DNA of 64,000 nt, taken from NCBI GenBank assembly GCA_012026655.1, contig JAAILG010001045.1:1-64000 (forward strand), read 5' to 3'. Position numbers and translations under genes: made by a program. Every line of letters begins with the position of its first letter. Positions within the stretch are counted from its first letter, which is position 1. Shown piece by piece: positions 24,165 through 37,494 of the stretch. Under the pieces are notes generated by a model that saw only the letters and a list, made by a program, of their open reading frames with translations, ran no database searches and was not told the DNA's origin. The DNA comes from Hydrolagus affinis (lineage: Eukaryota).

Positions 24165-24300
24165 AGCTGAGCCATGCAGACTGGTGCAGGCCCCAAATTC
24201 GATCTCTACTCTGTGCTGAGTTACTCAATCTCAACTATGAGGCTCTCATAGGAAAAAAGCTAACCAGCACTCACCACCAAGACACTGGAGGCTAGGGGAG
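24165..24300 (+). mobile_element. LmeSINE1-like 5' fragment
   Basis: gctgagccatgcagac..ttcgatctc..tctgtgctgagtta..atctca. Confidence 0.55.
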
Positions 24301-26299
24301 GACCTTGTTTGTTCATCTAACAAAGAAAAAGGGAGTTGAAATCCTTCAGTGGAGAAAGAGGGGGAGAACATTGTGAGAGAAAAAATATGCTGCTGTATGA
24401 ATGTCAAAGCATCACTAGTGCCTTGGCCAATAATTCCCAGTGTCCTGGCCAATAATCCCTAGGTAAAATTGGTCATTCACTTCATGGATGTTTTGGGGAC
24501 ATAGTTTGTGCAAAATGGCTGCAACGTTAGCCCACAAAATGCCAATCAATACCCTTAAAGTAAAAACTGTGTATCATTTTGCAACCTGAAAAGCAGCATT
24601 AAAAATGCAAGAATTCAAATGTAAGAATTATTTATTATTAAGTACAATGAACATAAAGAGGAAAATTCCAGCTCATAATTTTCATTGTGAAACAATGACA
24701 AAGAGTGATTGCAAAGCAGTTATGTCATTGATGGGTTCAAATTGTGTCATAAATTGTAAAGGGTTTATGACCTTCATCTTGCTCATCTAAATCCCTTGGT
24801 GAGATTGCAGGAAAATTCCAACATATTATTTTTAAATAATTGATACAATGAAGTTTCTGAGGGATTCAATAATATCATTTCAGATCTTTGAATTGCTGCT
24901 AGAGTCATCACATTAAAACCACACGATAATTTTATACATCCAATTCATACACAATTACTGATGGATTAGTGATTGTGGAAAAAATCAATATAATCTCAGA
25001 CTGAATGGAAGCACATGTATTTTTGGGGAATTTATTTAACTTCAGTAATCAAAAAATTATTACAGATCACAAGCAACAAGCGATAAGTATGTATGAAGTA
25101 TGAATCTTCTTAATGAAGCAACAGAAAGTAGTCTGAATAGATGTGTTTAAATCAATACTGAGATAAATACGTGAAATAATCAAGCATTTTCATCAATATT
25201 GCAAATGCAGTATTTAGATATATTCAACCCTTATTATCTGAAGCTATGAGGATCCAGTTGATCTGTACACGGTCCCCTTGAATACCCAAGGATTGAAAAA
25301 ATCATCAAATTAATGACCATAAAAATGACTATGATACTATTTCCTTATTAATAGCAAGCACCCTACTTGACACCCTTCAGCTTTATTATTTATCCATATT
25401 ATAGCTGACCAGGAAGTTCTCTTTTTACTATTGTAAAACACAATAAATGATTTTGTTTCTATCACTCTATCAACCCTTTTCCGACAGAGTACACTCAGGT
25501 ACCTGAAAGGTGCAATAAGGTTAGCACCAGTAACAAATAAACAGAACCCAAGACATTTTCTGCAAATGGCAACGGTAACTTGTACAGACACATAAAACAT
25601 GGATCAAAGTGAATTGACTAAGTAAAAAAGCCCATGGCACCAACATCTGTTATGACCATAAGCAGTAATATCCAATTTGTAGTAATTCTGTAACTTCTAC
25701 AAACTTCTACAAACCGGATAATATAGGGACCCTATGGGGACTCATAATGTTATGTCAGCCCATTCCAGCTCAAATTTTCTACATCCTTATTAAATTGATC
25801 ATTTTATGAGGGTTTCGCTGAAGCTATTATAATATGTTAACATATTTAATATATAGGATGTGTAATGAAGCCATGCAAAAATAACTGACGTACATTTGAG
25901 TGACAATTGCACATTTGTGTGGCCTAGAAAGGTTGTATTCATAAGAATAGCTTCATTAAGTCAGACTAGCAGCCTATGGTTGGGCTACCAATTGAGCACT
26001 GCATATTAGCAGAGCTCCATATCCCACAGGTCTCATGTTGCCTCCTGTCAATCAGAGCAACACCAAAAGAAGAGCAACTACTTGATGCAGTAAATTCATT
26101 GTTGACTGCAACTGCTGCCAGTACACACTACAAAGCCTCTCTGGCAGATAAAATATCACCCCAGAAGGGTAGGGAGGGAAAAGTATCATAGCTTAACAGC
26201 ACAATGCTAATCTAAACAGACCTGACTTGAGAAGGTGTCCTTATATGTTTCGTATTCAGGGAGAGCACGACAAGCTATTAACGATTCAACAACTTTTAA

Positions 26300-26452
26300 G
26301 TAGATAATTATTTCAGGAGGACAGATTTCCACGGCTATGGGGAGAGAATGGGGGAGTAGAATTGATTTGGACAACTCTTTTCAAAGAGCCAGCACAGACA
26401 TGATGGGCTGAATGGCCTCCTTTCTGTGCTGTATAATTCTATGATTCTATGA
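26300..26452 (+). mobile_element. CR1 3' tail
   Basis: gatgggctgaatggcctcct..(ATTCTATG)n terminal repeat. Confidence 0.85.
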
Positions 26453-26564
26453 TAAACTAATGGATTAATATTCACTGGGGTGAATGGATTACAATTGCTG
26501 ATGCCCAATATCTGTAACAGTCACTGGCCATTTTCAGGAGTGTTTGCCAAGATTTTGCATTGTA

Positions 26565-26905
26565 ATAATAATCATCCTTATATTTGATACACTGCCTTTC
26601 ACATTAGGAAACGTCTCAAAGAACTTCACATGATATACAGTACTTTAGAGTTTAACAACTGTATTTTTTGTAGCCAAAAACAGAAGTCAATTTGTACCCA
26701 GCAATTTTCCACAAACAGCCATGAAGTGAATAATGAAATATATTTGAGGGATCATTGGCCAGGCCATCAAGAGAAACTCCCTTCTCTTTTTACATAGTGT
26801 CATGGGATCTTTAATTTCCACCCTCCAACAAAGCAGCACACCCCCAGCACTGCCTTGGAGTGTCAGTTTAGACTATGTGACTTCAAGTCCTGAAATGAGG
26901 CTTGA
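26565..26905 (-). mobile_element. Deu-domain SINE, degraded
   Basis: Plus strand tagtgtcatgggatcttta, tail tcatccttatatttgatacactgccttttcaca. Confidence 0.7.
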
Positions 26906-27984
26906 ATGCATGCCACATCAAGGGGAAATCCACTTCAAATAAATTCTGGAGCTCATTTGTTCATAGATTCCAAGGAATTAAAACAAATCCAAGCACAATG
27001 TGGCAAGTATCTGGTCAACATCTCAGACTCCCATTTACCTCCTGCTGGTGTCAGAGCAACATTGAAGGGCAATTGGTAACAGATTGTCTACAATCATAGA
27101 AAATATCTATGGTGTGAGAAAAACCTTTGTCAACGAAATCAGAAGCTCACACAAAGACAGACGTACAGTACTTGGCAAATAATTTGAAGCACACAGGAAC
27201 ATAAGAATGCATTAGTTCTTGGTACATATCTGGCCAGTCTCAAAGTAAAACAAATAAACATGCAACACTTAAATTGTGACTTTATCTGTGATGTTCTCTT
27301 TTTTGATAAGTAATAATTTAGAAAAAAAATCAAGAAATAAAACAGATGTTCCTCAAATGAAGCTTTCAGATTCAGCACACTGACCCATCTTTTCTAGGGA
27401 GGTGACATTCTGGTTGACGTTTCCAAGTGAGTGATAATAGATACACAGAGCTGAAATTGGGTGAAAGGATGGTTTTTACGGAGTGATGTTGGGCATATGT
27501 TTGATGTTAAGATTAAAATCCTGTGGGGGTGGGAGAATATTTGATTGTTTACCTGTAGCAAAATGAATCATAAAATTTAACTGTGCAATTCCCCAACTCA
27601 TTTTTTGAGGGATTAATTTTTTCTCTCTCATTCTGTGAATGTAACAGCACACACTTCATCCCCTTTTACTCAAAACAGCAAAAATAATCATTTGAATCCA
27701 CTGGGGAAATTGTTCAAAAGCAGTCAAATTAAATTACTGCAAAGGTTAACAAATAATCCTCAGCAGTGGTTGCTGTAAAACTGTCAGTTAATTGAATTAA
27801 CTACCATAAGTAGCTATCATGTCAAGTTGGTCGAGGCTTTGAACAGAAAAAGCTAAAAATTCTGAGGTTCTCAAATTCTTAGCCTTAAAATCAATGCCTT
27901 AAAAATTAAGATTGTGCAGAATTTTGGAAAATTCATCAATGCAGTCATACTTTGGGAGCTGGTGTCTCCCAATTTAATTTTGTT

Positions 27985-28240
27985 GATGTTGTATTGAAGG
28001 CAAGGATTATGTTACAAATCAGTCTTATATCTGCCTGTTCAGGTGAACAGATGTTAAAGATTCCATGATACTATTCAGAAAGAGAAGAGGGCCTGGCCAG
28101 ATTATTTTTCCACGTTAATTGGTCATTCACGTTGTGGCAGTTTGTGAGACCTATCTGGCACAAATTGCATTATATTTGCCTATAAAAAACAGTTACTTCA
28201 CATAAGATTAATTACCTGTGAAGTACTTTGAGACTTTGAC
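27985..28240 (+). mobile_element. Deu-domain SINE, degraded
   Basis: caggtg..gttaaagattccatgatactatt..ctggcca..ttggtcattcac. Confidence 0.65.
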
Positions 28241-29059
28241 ACAATAATGGCCCTAAATTGAAAGCAGTTTTATCTCTACTTTGTACAACCCTGTTAATGA
28301 TTTAAATTGCTTTCATCCATAAATTGTCCAAAATTCTCAATACAGTATAACAGTATTATAACAGCCTTTCCCTGAATGAATAAGTAGATGACAATTTTCA
28401 CTAGTTCAATGTTGTTGGGGCATCTTAGCTTGCGCCTGAATTGGACAAAATTAAGAAACGACTCTAATGACAGTGCCTTGGGACATCCTCCCGACATGAA
28501 AGACACTGTATAAATATCATTTTGTTGTAGTTGTTTAAATATATAACCGTCAACACAACCTGCCAGTGATTTTAGTAAAAATATTTCTCAGAAACTCGAC
28601 TTGCTACTCCAGTAATCTACATATCTCTTGGCTGATTACACTTGGCTTTTCTCTTTAAGTAGAACTGTACTAGTATTTAATCACATGCTCAACACATGAG
28701 CGCTACAAACATTACATTCAGTGAGCTCTTCAGGAAACACTTAACTATTTACTTGTACTATCAGAGTCTAGAGTTATAAATAACCCAATCATTCAGTAAC
28801 TGAAGAAATTACTTTTTTTTACCAGAGAAGCTATTATTCTGTTTTCCCCCAACTGGAATAAAAAGCATTTCACAACTAGTTTCACATGCAAAATACAGTC
28901 ACACACTTTACAGTATACCCTGGGAAGTGCCTTGAGATGTGTCAATGATGTGATAAGGTGCCATATCAAATGCAAGGATTATTATAACTATTATTAAGAA
29001 TAATGTATTACAGTGTGAAGCATATCCAATTACCAAATTCCATTTAAAAAATGTTGTTC

Positions 29060-29440
29060 ACCCTATCGCATCCCCTGATAATTTTGAAAACTTCGATTAC
29101 TTCTCCTCTTAACATCTTAACCAACTCTGCTCCAAGGAGAATAATCCTAGCTTTTCTAGCCTCTCATAACTGAAGTCCCTCATTCGTGGTACTATCTTGG
29201 TAAATTTCTTTTCAACCCTCTCTAACGCCTTGACATTCTTCCTAAAGTGTGGTACCCAGAACTGAACACAGTACTCCAGCTGAGGCCAAACTAGTGTTTT
29301 ATAAAGGTTCATCATAACTTCCTGACTTTTGTATTCTATGCCCTATTTATGAAGCCTAGTATCCCATATGCTTTTTATTTAACAGCTTTACCTACCTGTC
29401 CTGACACCTTCAAAGATTTACTTATGTGCGCCTTCAAAGA
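29060..29440 (-). mobile_element. CR1 LINE ORF2 C-terminal fragment
   Basis: LYKTLVWPQLEYCVQFWVPHFRKNVKALERVEKKFTK..LEKLGLFSLE. Confidence 0.93.
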
Positions 29441-29859
29441 TATACTTATAAGCACCTGCAGGAATAGCCCTTTACAGAGTGTGAGAAAAGACATGTAGTT
29501 GAGAATAATATATGTGAGCATGATGTGATGATTTGGAATGGATGAATATGTATCTAATTCACTTGAGTCTTTACTGAATGACTGACCTTGGTACATTTCT
29601 ATGCCAATATATTCAGTGATGTAGCCTCTGACTCTTTTGTCCCCAAAACAAACGAAGAAACTGTGTACAGCAGGAAAAAGAATCACAATGGAAACAAAGC
29701 TACAACAAATTGACAAGGTATTTAACCCGTCTGAATAAATAAGAGATCAGCTGTCCCCGGCTGGTACAACAGATTCTTGCTATATCGAATGTTTTTTAAT
29801 CAAACTCGCATGGCTGACTACACTCAAGGCTGAAATCGAGTTTCATAATTTGAGCACAA

Positions 29860-30260
29860 GATCACAAGATTAGTTCGGATGAAGAAGGCCCTTCATCCTA
29901 TTTGATCTCATCTTTCCAAAGCATGCAATCGACCATCCTCTCGTCACAGCATCAAGCTTTTTAAAAAAAAAACATGAATCGGTTGTTCCTGGGCTCAACT
30001 AACTTCCTGCTAACCTGTTTCAGTTTTGATTACTTGAGTAAATAAATTAATCTTGGTATCTGTCCTAAAATTGTCCTTTCAAACTCTAAATCTGTACTCT
30101 CTTGTCCCGCTGTTTTGATGTATCCAAACATATTGTTCTGGCTCACTTTCTATATCATGAATAAAGTCTTGTTTACCTCTATAGTTTTGATTCTGAGAAT
30201 CTCCTTTCAAAACGGATGTCATGATGACCAGAACTCTATGTAGCACTCTGAGTGTAGCCT
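29860..30260 (-). mobile_element. CR1 LINE 3' fragment, old
   Basis: cacaagatcacaagat tail on plus; reverse complement gggacaagagagtacagatttagag. Confidence 0.6.
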
Positions 30261-30270
30261 GACAGCTCGT

Positions 30271-30348
30271 GGAGTTCTGTAGCTCAGCAGTTACAGCACT
30301 CACCTTACAAGTATGCTATATCAAATGCAACAATTGTTATTATTATTA
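30271..30348 (+). mobile_element. Internally deleted mini-SINE (head fused to tail)
   Basis: ttctgtagctcagcagttacagcactcaccttacaag joined to gctatatcaaatgcaa..(tta)n. Confidence 0.75.
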
Positions 30349-31109
30349 CGAATGTGTACAAGAGAAACAATCGGAAAATGCTGTCTGCACCATAAGATGC
30401 CATTGTGTGTTACTGACAAGTGCACATCATTGCCACAAGATAAAAAGGGGAAAGGATTTATTTTGGAAAAGTTGTAATGATCGACAGTTAAATCCCCAAT
30501 TGTTCAGTCCTTGGGATATCCTCTTGATGTGAAAGGTGCTATACAAATTTAATTTTGCTCTTGTTAAAAATTGAGTCAAATTTTAGATGTAATCCCATTT
30601 CTGATAATGAACACTGAAACACTGAAAGTTTTTTTTTCTCAAAGTAAGGCAGAAACAGAGAGAGTTATGGTGGTATCTTTGCACAACAGTCTGATGAGGA
30701 ACCACCACAAACAGAAGTAAGATAACTCAAGTGATCTGCAGTCATACCGTTCAATTATATTTAAGAGGTGAAGAACAATTGTGACTGTGGCTTTTCTAAA
30801 GAACTCCTAGAACAACACTATTAATACTATAATAAATAAATATAATTAACCCTAATTAAATTTATACTTAAATATAAATACAATTAACCCTGTTAATGCT
30901 GGTACTTTCTCAATTGAGATTTACTTAATTGTTTAGTTACTAACATCAAGGGAGACATGCAAAGCGAATAATTGTTCCTTTGGCTAAAAATACTTACGAG
31001 GTTAGAGCTTTAAAAAGCTTGTTGTTGTTACTCTTCTCCATTCTGGTGATAATCGTTCTACGCGATCCATTTTTTGTGGCTTTGCAATGCATATTGAGAT
31101 CTCTAGGTG

Positions 31110-31475
31110 TTAGCAGTGTAGAGTCAGAAGGTTGTAATTTCAAGCCCCACGTTCATAGACAAAGCTAAACTCCAGGGCAGTGCTGCAGGTGTGCTGCATT
31201 GTTGGAGGTGCCTTGCTTAAGATGAGATGTTAAGCTGAAATATTGTCTGATTTTACAGGTGAAACTTTAAAGTTCCCAACAGCATATTATTGAAAATAAA
31301 GGGGATTTTCTCCTAGTGTCCCAGCCAACAACTGTGCGCAATTGGCTGCCGTGTTTCACCCACAAATATAGTCAATTCACTTTACAGTATACTCTGTGAA
31401 GCGCTTTGAGATGTCTAGAAGACATAAAAAGCTCTATATCAAATGCAAGGATTATTGTTATTATTTTATTATTAT
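31110..31475 (+). mobile_element. Deu-SINE head and core joined to a younger SINE 3' end
   Basis: gagtcagaaggttg head, Deu core, then a low-divergence tail from ~31332. Confidence 0.8.
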
Positions 31476-31890
31476 AACAAACCCCCAGATAAAGTTGATC
31501 ATTAACTTCATGAATTGATGGAACATTCCTGTGCGTGTATTGGCTCTGGTATTTGCCAAAAATACACAATCACTTAACTGTAAAGCTCTTTGAGATGTGC
31601 TGAGGGGAGCATTGCATCATGGGAGGTGTTGCCTTTCACAGCTCCATGACAGTTCCATATTTCTCTTTTTATAAATCGTATCAGATTTTAGAATAGTCCT
31701 ATAAATATAAGTCATATCAGATCACCTTACAATCTGTCAAATGTTAAATATCTTCTTGAATTTGTAACGTTTTCTGTAGAAATCTTTAGAATTTTTAATA
31801 CTTTTGAGATTTTCTGGAATTGGGATGGACAGTGAAGGTGAGATTGTCAGTTTGTGCCTTGTCCCTGTGCCTGCTGCAACTAGGTTGTAC

Positions 31891-31974
31891 CTCAGGCCAT
31901 TTAATGTAGGATTTTACATAACATAAAGAGGAGACTTTCATCAAGTCAGATTTCATCGAATTCAGCCTCAAGTG
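31891..31974 (-). other. Candidate exon (84 nt)
   Basis: Acceptor gttctttcatctccag|C, donor GAG|gtacaa; phase-0 frame open. Confidence 0.3.
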
Positions 31975-32352
31975 CTGGAGATGAAAGAACGGCAATGTTG
32001 ACTCATAGTGTCACCCAGTTTGAAATGTTATGGATTTTACCATGTCCATATCATTGATTTTAATCGTATCAACGTAAAGCATTTTTTGTGTGCTTCCTTC
32101 AAATTACTACATGAATGAGGTTATGGCTGGCTAATTATGGTTTACACAAATAAAGAATTAAGGAAATAAAACTAGGAATCGCATGTGCTCCATGTACTGG
32201 ATAGAACTTGACAAAGGGGAAAGAGATCCACAGGTGTTGGTTGGCTCGTCGCTCACCATGACAACCAGTGGGAGGTATTAATGAATAAAACAAAAGGAGC
32301 CAGATTGCCAAATCAATTGAGTTCCATTCTCCAGACATTATCCCCAAGTTAT

Positions 32353-32652
32353 ATAATAATAATAATCCTTGCTTTTGATTTAGAGCTTTTCACGTCTTCT
32401 AGATGTCTCAAAGCTGTTCAAGGAATACATTGTAAAGTAATTTGTATATTAGTGGGTGAAATGCGACAGCCAATTGCATACAGCAGTGTTCCACAAACAG
32501 CCGTGAATTGAAATGACCAATTTTTTTGGCGAGACGGATTATTATTAGGTGTGTGGAGTAAGGAAATTTTGCCCAAGGTTATGCACTGCCTGAAAATGAA
32601 TGCAGGTCTCTCAATTGTAAGGCAAGTGCTCTAACCACAGAGCAACAGGACA
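32353..32652 (-). mobile_element. Full-length tRNA-derived SINE
   Basis: Head, body and tail colinear with the 7503 copy. Confidence 0.9.
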
Positions 32653-34100
32653 CCTTGAAAGTATTGGCCAGACATATTTGCTTTTTATCAGTGGCAGCAC
32701 TGAACATAATTTGAGATTGCTGGTGGATTCAATATGTATTTACAACTGGTTTAAGACCACTGTAATATTTTATGGTACCATGCTCAATCTACTTGTCTTC
32801 ACCAGAAGTATGACACAGGTGCTGTGAATCTAGTGGTCATAGTAGTATATGATGTTTGCTCATTTAAGTGTAATTATTTGGAGATATCCCATTCAGACAT
32901 CAATAACAAAAGTATGATCTGTTAATCATATCAAGCAATCTAGTCATCAATGCTTGCCATGAAATAAATAAGTGTATAAGCCTCTCTTTCTATATGAATT
33001 ACATACAAATATGAAAATAACAGATATATTGGGAGTGATTTTAGAGCAAAGGCTGATCTCCGGGTCACTGCTGAGAGTATAGTTGAATGTCATTCTCAGA
33101 AGTGCTTGACATCACTAAACCCCTTGATGAAATTTTTGGCTAGCAATCATTCTCACAATGCAACTTCCCAGTATATTGTATTTCTCTATTTATTAGTATT
33201 ACGTTTTTTGTAATTTTTTTGCTAGATCTAATGAATTAAACCATTTGCAATTTATCCAGGTTCAAAACTAAGAAAACAACACAGCATTTTGCACATACCT
33301 AGTGCTACACACAGCCTAAAGAATAGATAGCTGATTACATTATCATGTGAACAGGGTGTTAAGCTGCCTCTTAATTACACAACTTATGATTTTGAATAGA
33401 GCGCATTAATATAATGAGACCCAGTGAATATTTTAACCTTGACCTTTGACTTGATCATCTTAACCCTTTCGTCTCTATATACCAAGCATCTTGTTCAATG
33501 TGTGTCACAGTTTTCCTTTCAACATAGCTGATTTGAAAATGACTTCTTAAAATCTGCTCATCCTTTCCTATTGTTAATGATTTAATATTTTAATATAGTT
33601 ACAAGCATGTTTGAGCTTGAGATTTGACAATCTTCCAATTGTCAAAGCTATGAAAGCAGTTTGTTTTTTCTGGGTGTCAACAGATTTATTAAGTTTGTGA
33701 AAGCCTTTTTGATTCACGATGAGATGTGTAAAAGCATTTCTTCACTTGTTATTTCTGTTAAATGGTACAGTGGTTTGTTCACCAGCTGTATGGCACAGGT
33801 GACACAAATCAGGTGGTAATTTGTAGTATATTGACTAACTGAAGGTTAAACTTCAGATAAATAGAATATGTGAAAAGCACTATATCAAATGCAAGAATTG
33901 TTATTTATATTATATATCTTAGTACACTACTGAACTTCATGGATTCAAATTGCAACGTTCCTAACCACACTCAGTTCTCTAATTTAAGGAACAGGGTTAA
34001 AATAGAAATGCTCCTCTGACTAAAGGAAGCACCCAAAATACAGCTGAAAAATAAAAGGTACAATAATCTTGAATTCCCACTTAATAGAGATCGCTTAATA

Positions 34101-34891
34101 GGCATTACTGGCAGGAATCACTGGTGCAAATGACCAGCTAATTTTCCAGACAAATGCATGCTAACTTAATGTATTACAGCTCTACTATGGTGTAGAAACT
34201 ACATCTGGATCTAAACATGCATCATTATCTCAGCATTTCAAAATAAGCAGCATTTGGAAGCCTTTCTCTATAGGTTATGTTAAGGAATACAGTAAATCAG
34301 CTTCAAAATTAAGACATATTTTAAGAATTTGCGAAATTCTGTACGCTCTGAAATACTAGGAAATATAGCAAGTTTAGTGGAATGTTGGCCTTTGTCTGGA
34401 AAATTAGCTGGTCATTTCAGATGTACTCCTAAATAAACTAAGTATATCGTACATCAGGCCAACATCCCACTAACAAAAGAAAACAATAAAAGCACATTTA
34501 AATTGCCTGATAAACTCCCTATCTTCTGATGAGGAATATTCATTGCCAGCCCCTTCTCTGAATTTTTTTCATTTACCTAAGAATTTTAATTTAACAATAG
34601 ATTCTGTAAAACAACCACAATAATTCATTTTAAATACTCACTACTTATATATGCTAGGTTACAAATTACAAACTAATGCTCAGTGCAATTTCTTGAATTG
34701 CCATTTAATTTCTCTACTCCCACCTGAATCACATGATCCATGCACAAAACCAAACAAAGACAACTATGCTTTCAAATCCAACCAGGTAACAAACAGCAAA
34801 CCTGGCATAGAGCTGTATTATATTAAGTTATCATATATTTGTCTAGAAAATTAGCCGGTCATTTTCATCAGTGATTCTTGCCAATAATGCC
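34101..34891. mobile_element. Non-autonomous foldback element with 84-bp terminal inverted repeats
   Basis: 34101-34184 is the reverse complement of 34808-34891 with 11 mismatches by hand count; no TSD seen. Confidence 0.75.
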
Positions 34892-35237
34892 CTGAGCACT
34901 TTCCACTTTGGCTTCATATATATGCATTTCATGACAGTCACAGTTGTATGTTAACCTTGAAGAGCTCAGGCAGAGGACAGGTAAGGACAAATCTGTGTTC
35001 CTGTAATGAGCGCTTGGTGCTGCAGCAGGTGGATAAGGCTTTTGGGATCAAGGCAGATTAAGAGAACAGGGCTCCAACATATGTTAGAACTGTGTGATAT
35101 ATTACAGCTCATTCAGGGAATCCAGGCTGTGGTAATCTGAGAGAAAAAGAAATGAATCATAAACAACAGCTTGGAAATTAGTTTTAAAAAATAGCAAAGT
35201 TGGAAAGAGAAGGAATTCAACTGTAAAATGTGAAAAT

Positions 35238-35427
35238 CGGTGGGTGTATGGGGGTGGGTGTATCGGGGTGGGGGTTGGGAGTGGGTGCATAGGGGTGTGG
35301 GTTTGGGGGTGGGGGTGGGGGTATGGGAGGTGGGGGTGGGGGTGGGTGTATGGGGGTGGGGGTTGGGCGTGGGTGTATGGGGGTTGGGTGTATGGGGGTA
35401 GGTGTATGGGGGTGGGGGTTGGGCGTG
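35238..35427 (+). repeat. G-rich minisatellite (GGGTGTATGGGGGT-type units)
   Basis: Repeated gggtgtatggggg units; explains the four Pro/Gly-rich ORFs here. Confidence 0.92.
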
Positions 35428-36144
35428 GAGAGCACAGATCACTAACCCTAATACCATTAATATCTCTTTCCAAACCAAAAAAATGCAAATTAAATAGAAT
35501 TTTGTTAAATAATACCACAGATAAAATTCAACAATAAGCACTTCACATTAATGAGTATTACCACAATTTCCAAAAAATTTCATAAAAGATTTCCTTATTC
35601 CCTCACATGAAGTTGTCTTTGACATCAGCAGAACTGAAGCTGTGTTTGCAGCTGCCCTGACAAAATGTCAATAGAAACCTTTAAAGCAACCTTGCATTCG
35701 ATTTCACATCTTTGATGTGTCTCCGAGAATTTCACAGAATTTAATGTAAAGTGTAGTGTTTATATATTTTGTCGGCGAATGCAGCGGCCAATTTTTGCAC
35801 AGTAACATCCTACAAATAGCCATGAAGTGAATGACATCAAGAGAAACTACCTTCTCTTTTTGAATAGCGCCATGCGATCTTTAACATTCATCTGAACAAT
35901 TTTAACACAAACTCCGGTTCAGTTAATAACAACCTGCATTTATTTAACGCAGCTCATATAGTCCCACAATACATTTACTTGAGCTACAAAATATGTTTCC
36001 TTTTGTTGTCACAGGTCACTTTTTTCACTTTGGATAAACAAGTGGGGTAGGAAGATATGAATATATGAACAATTAATTAACAACTAATTACATTAATCTA
36101 ACATTGAGATAAAGTTTGTGTTTTTCTTAAAAGCATTGCTCATT

Positions 36145-37492
36145 TAATCACGCCATCCTCCTCCACCACCTCTATTCCCTCATCTACGTTAGTGGGACCG
36201 TGATCGCATGATTCGAGTCCTATTTAACCAACCACCAATTTTACAGCTCGGCAAATGTTTTTTTCTCCTGCCGCCACCCGTTTGCTTGTGGGGTACCACA
36301 AAACATACAGTCAATTCACTTTATGGTTTGATATGGTTTATGGTGCTCTGAGTGCTGCCTGACATGGAGGGCACTATATAAATGCAATTTCTTGTTGTTA
36401 CTGTTATATTCTGTGAAGCGCTTTGAGATATCTGCAAGACGTGATAAGGAGCTATATTAAATCCAAATATTATTATTTATTATATTACCCTAAGGCTCCA
36501 TCCTTGGCCCCCTTCTGTTCCTTATCTACATGCTCCTTAGCAAGTCATCCGCAGACATGGGGTCAAGTTCCATGTGTACAAGGATGACACAGAAATCTAT
36601 TTCTCCACCTTGGGCTGTGACTCAGTTCGCTGATAACCTGTCCGCTCATTTGATGAACATCAAGGTCTGGATTAGTGCAAGTTTCCTATGGCTGAATGTC
36701 AGCAAGATGGAAGCCATACACTTTGGCTCTCATCAATGTCTTCTCTCCTGCAGGTCTGAACTCCTTAACTGCCCCCAGAGTCTTCCTCAGACTCACCAAA
36801 ACCATGCAAAACTTAGGTATCAGGTTCGATCTCCAGCTTTGCTTTCTACCCCACATCTATTCTCTGACCAGGAACATTTTTGTCCACCTCCATGCATATT
36901 TCACAACCAAAGCAGCCAAAACCCTCATCCACGCCTTTGTTACTTCCCGGCTGGATTATTCCAATGACTTCAATGCTAGTCTTTCCAGCTCCACCAAACA
37001 CTGAATTAAATTAATTAAAAACTCTGCTGCCCAAATACTCAATCGCAGAAAACTCGGTGCCCCCATCACATCAGTCCTTACTTGGATCCACCAGCTCCCA
37101 ATTACCAAACGGATTGATTTGAAGATTATCTCGCTTGTTTTCAAATCCATTTATGCCTACACATTTCCCTACCTATCCGATTTGCTGACCCCCCACTCCA
37201 CCACCCACTGCATCCCCTCCTGGCTCCGGCCTCCTCATCCCTTCCACCATCAGTAGCTGTACCTCCAGCCTCTACACCCCGAAATTCTGAAACTTTCTCC
37301 CTCAATCCCTCCACCTCGGTCCCTCTCTCCCCACTTTCATGTCCTGCCTAAAGATTTTCCATTTTGATTGTGCTTATGGTCACCAACCTACGTCCTCTCC
37401 ACCTGGCTCGGGGTCAGACTCTGCCACTGTAAAGCACTTTGTGACACTACCCTGTATGAAGGACATTATATATATATGCAACTTGTTGTTGT
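36145..37492 (+). mobile_element. L2 LINE fragment with nested insertions
   Basis: WFESYL, GVP/GSILGPLLFLIY split by inserts at ~36296-36487, KTLIHAFVTSRLDYSN, tail. Confidence 0.92.
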
Positions 37493-37494
37493 TG

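Noticed and set aside
29525-29585. Possible C/D box snoRNA (GTGATGA..CTGA)
   Set aside because: No terminal stem and no recognisable guide sequence.
35102-35541. Extensin-like Pro/His/Gly-rich ORFs
   Set aside because: Artefact of a stop-free G-rich minisatellite.
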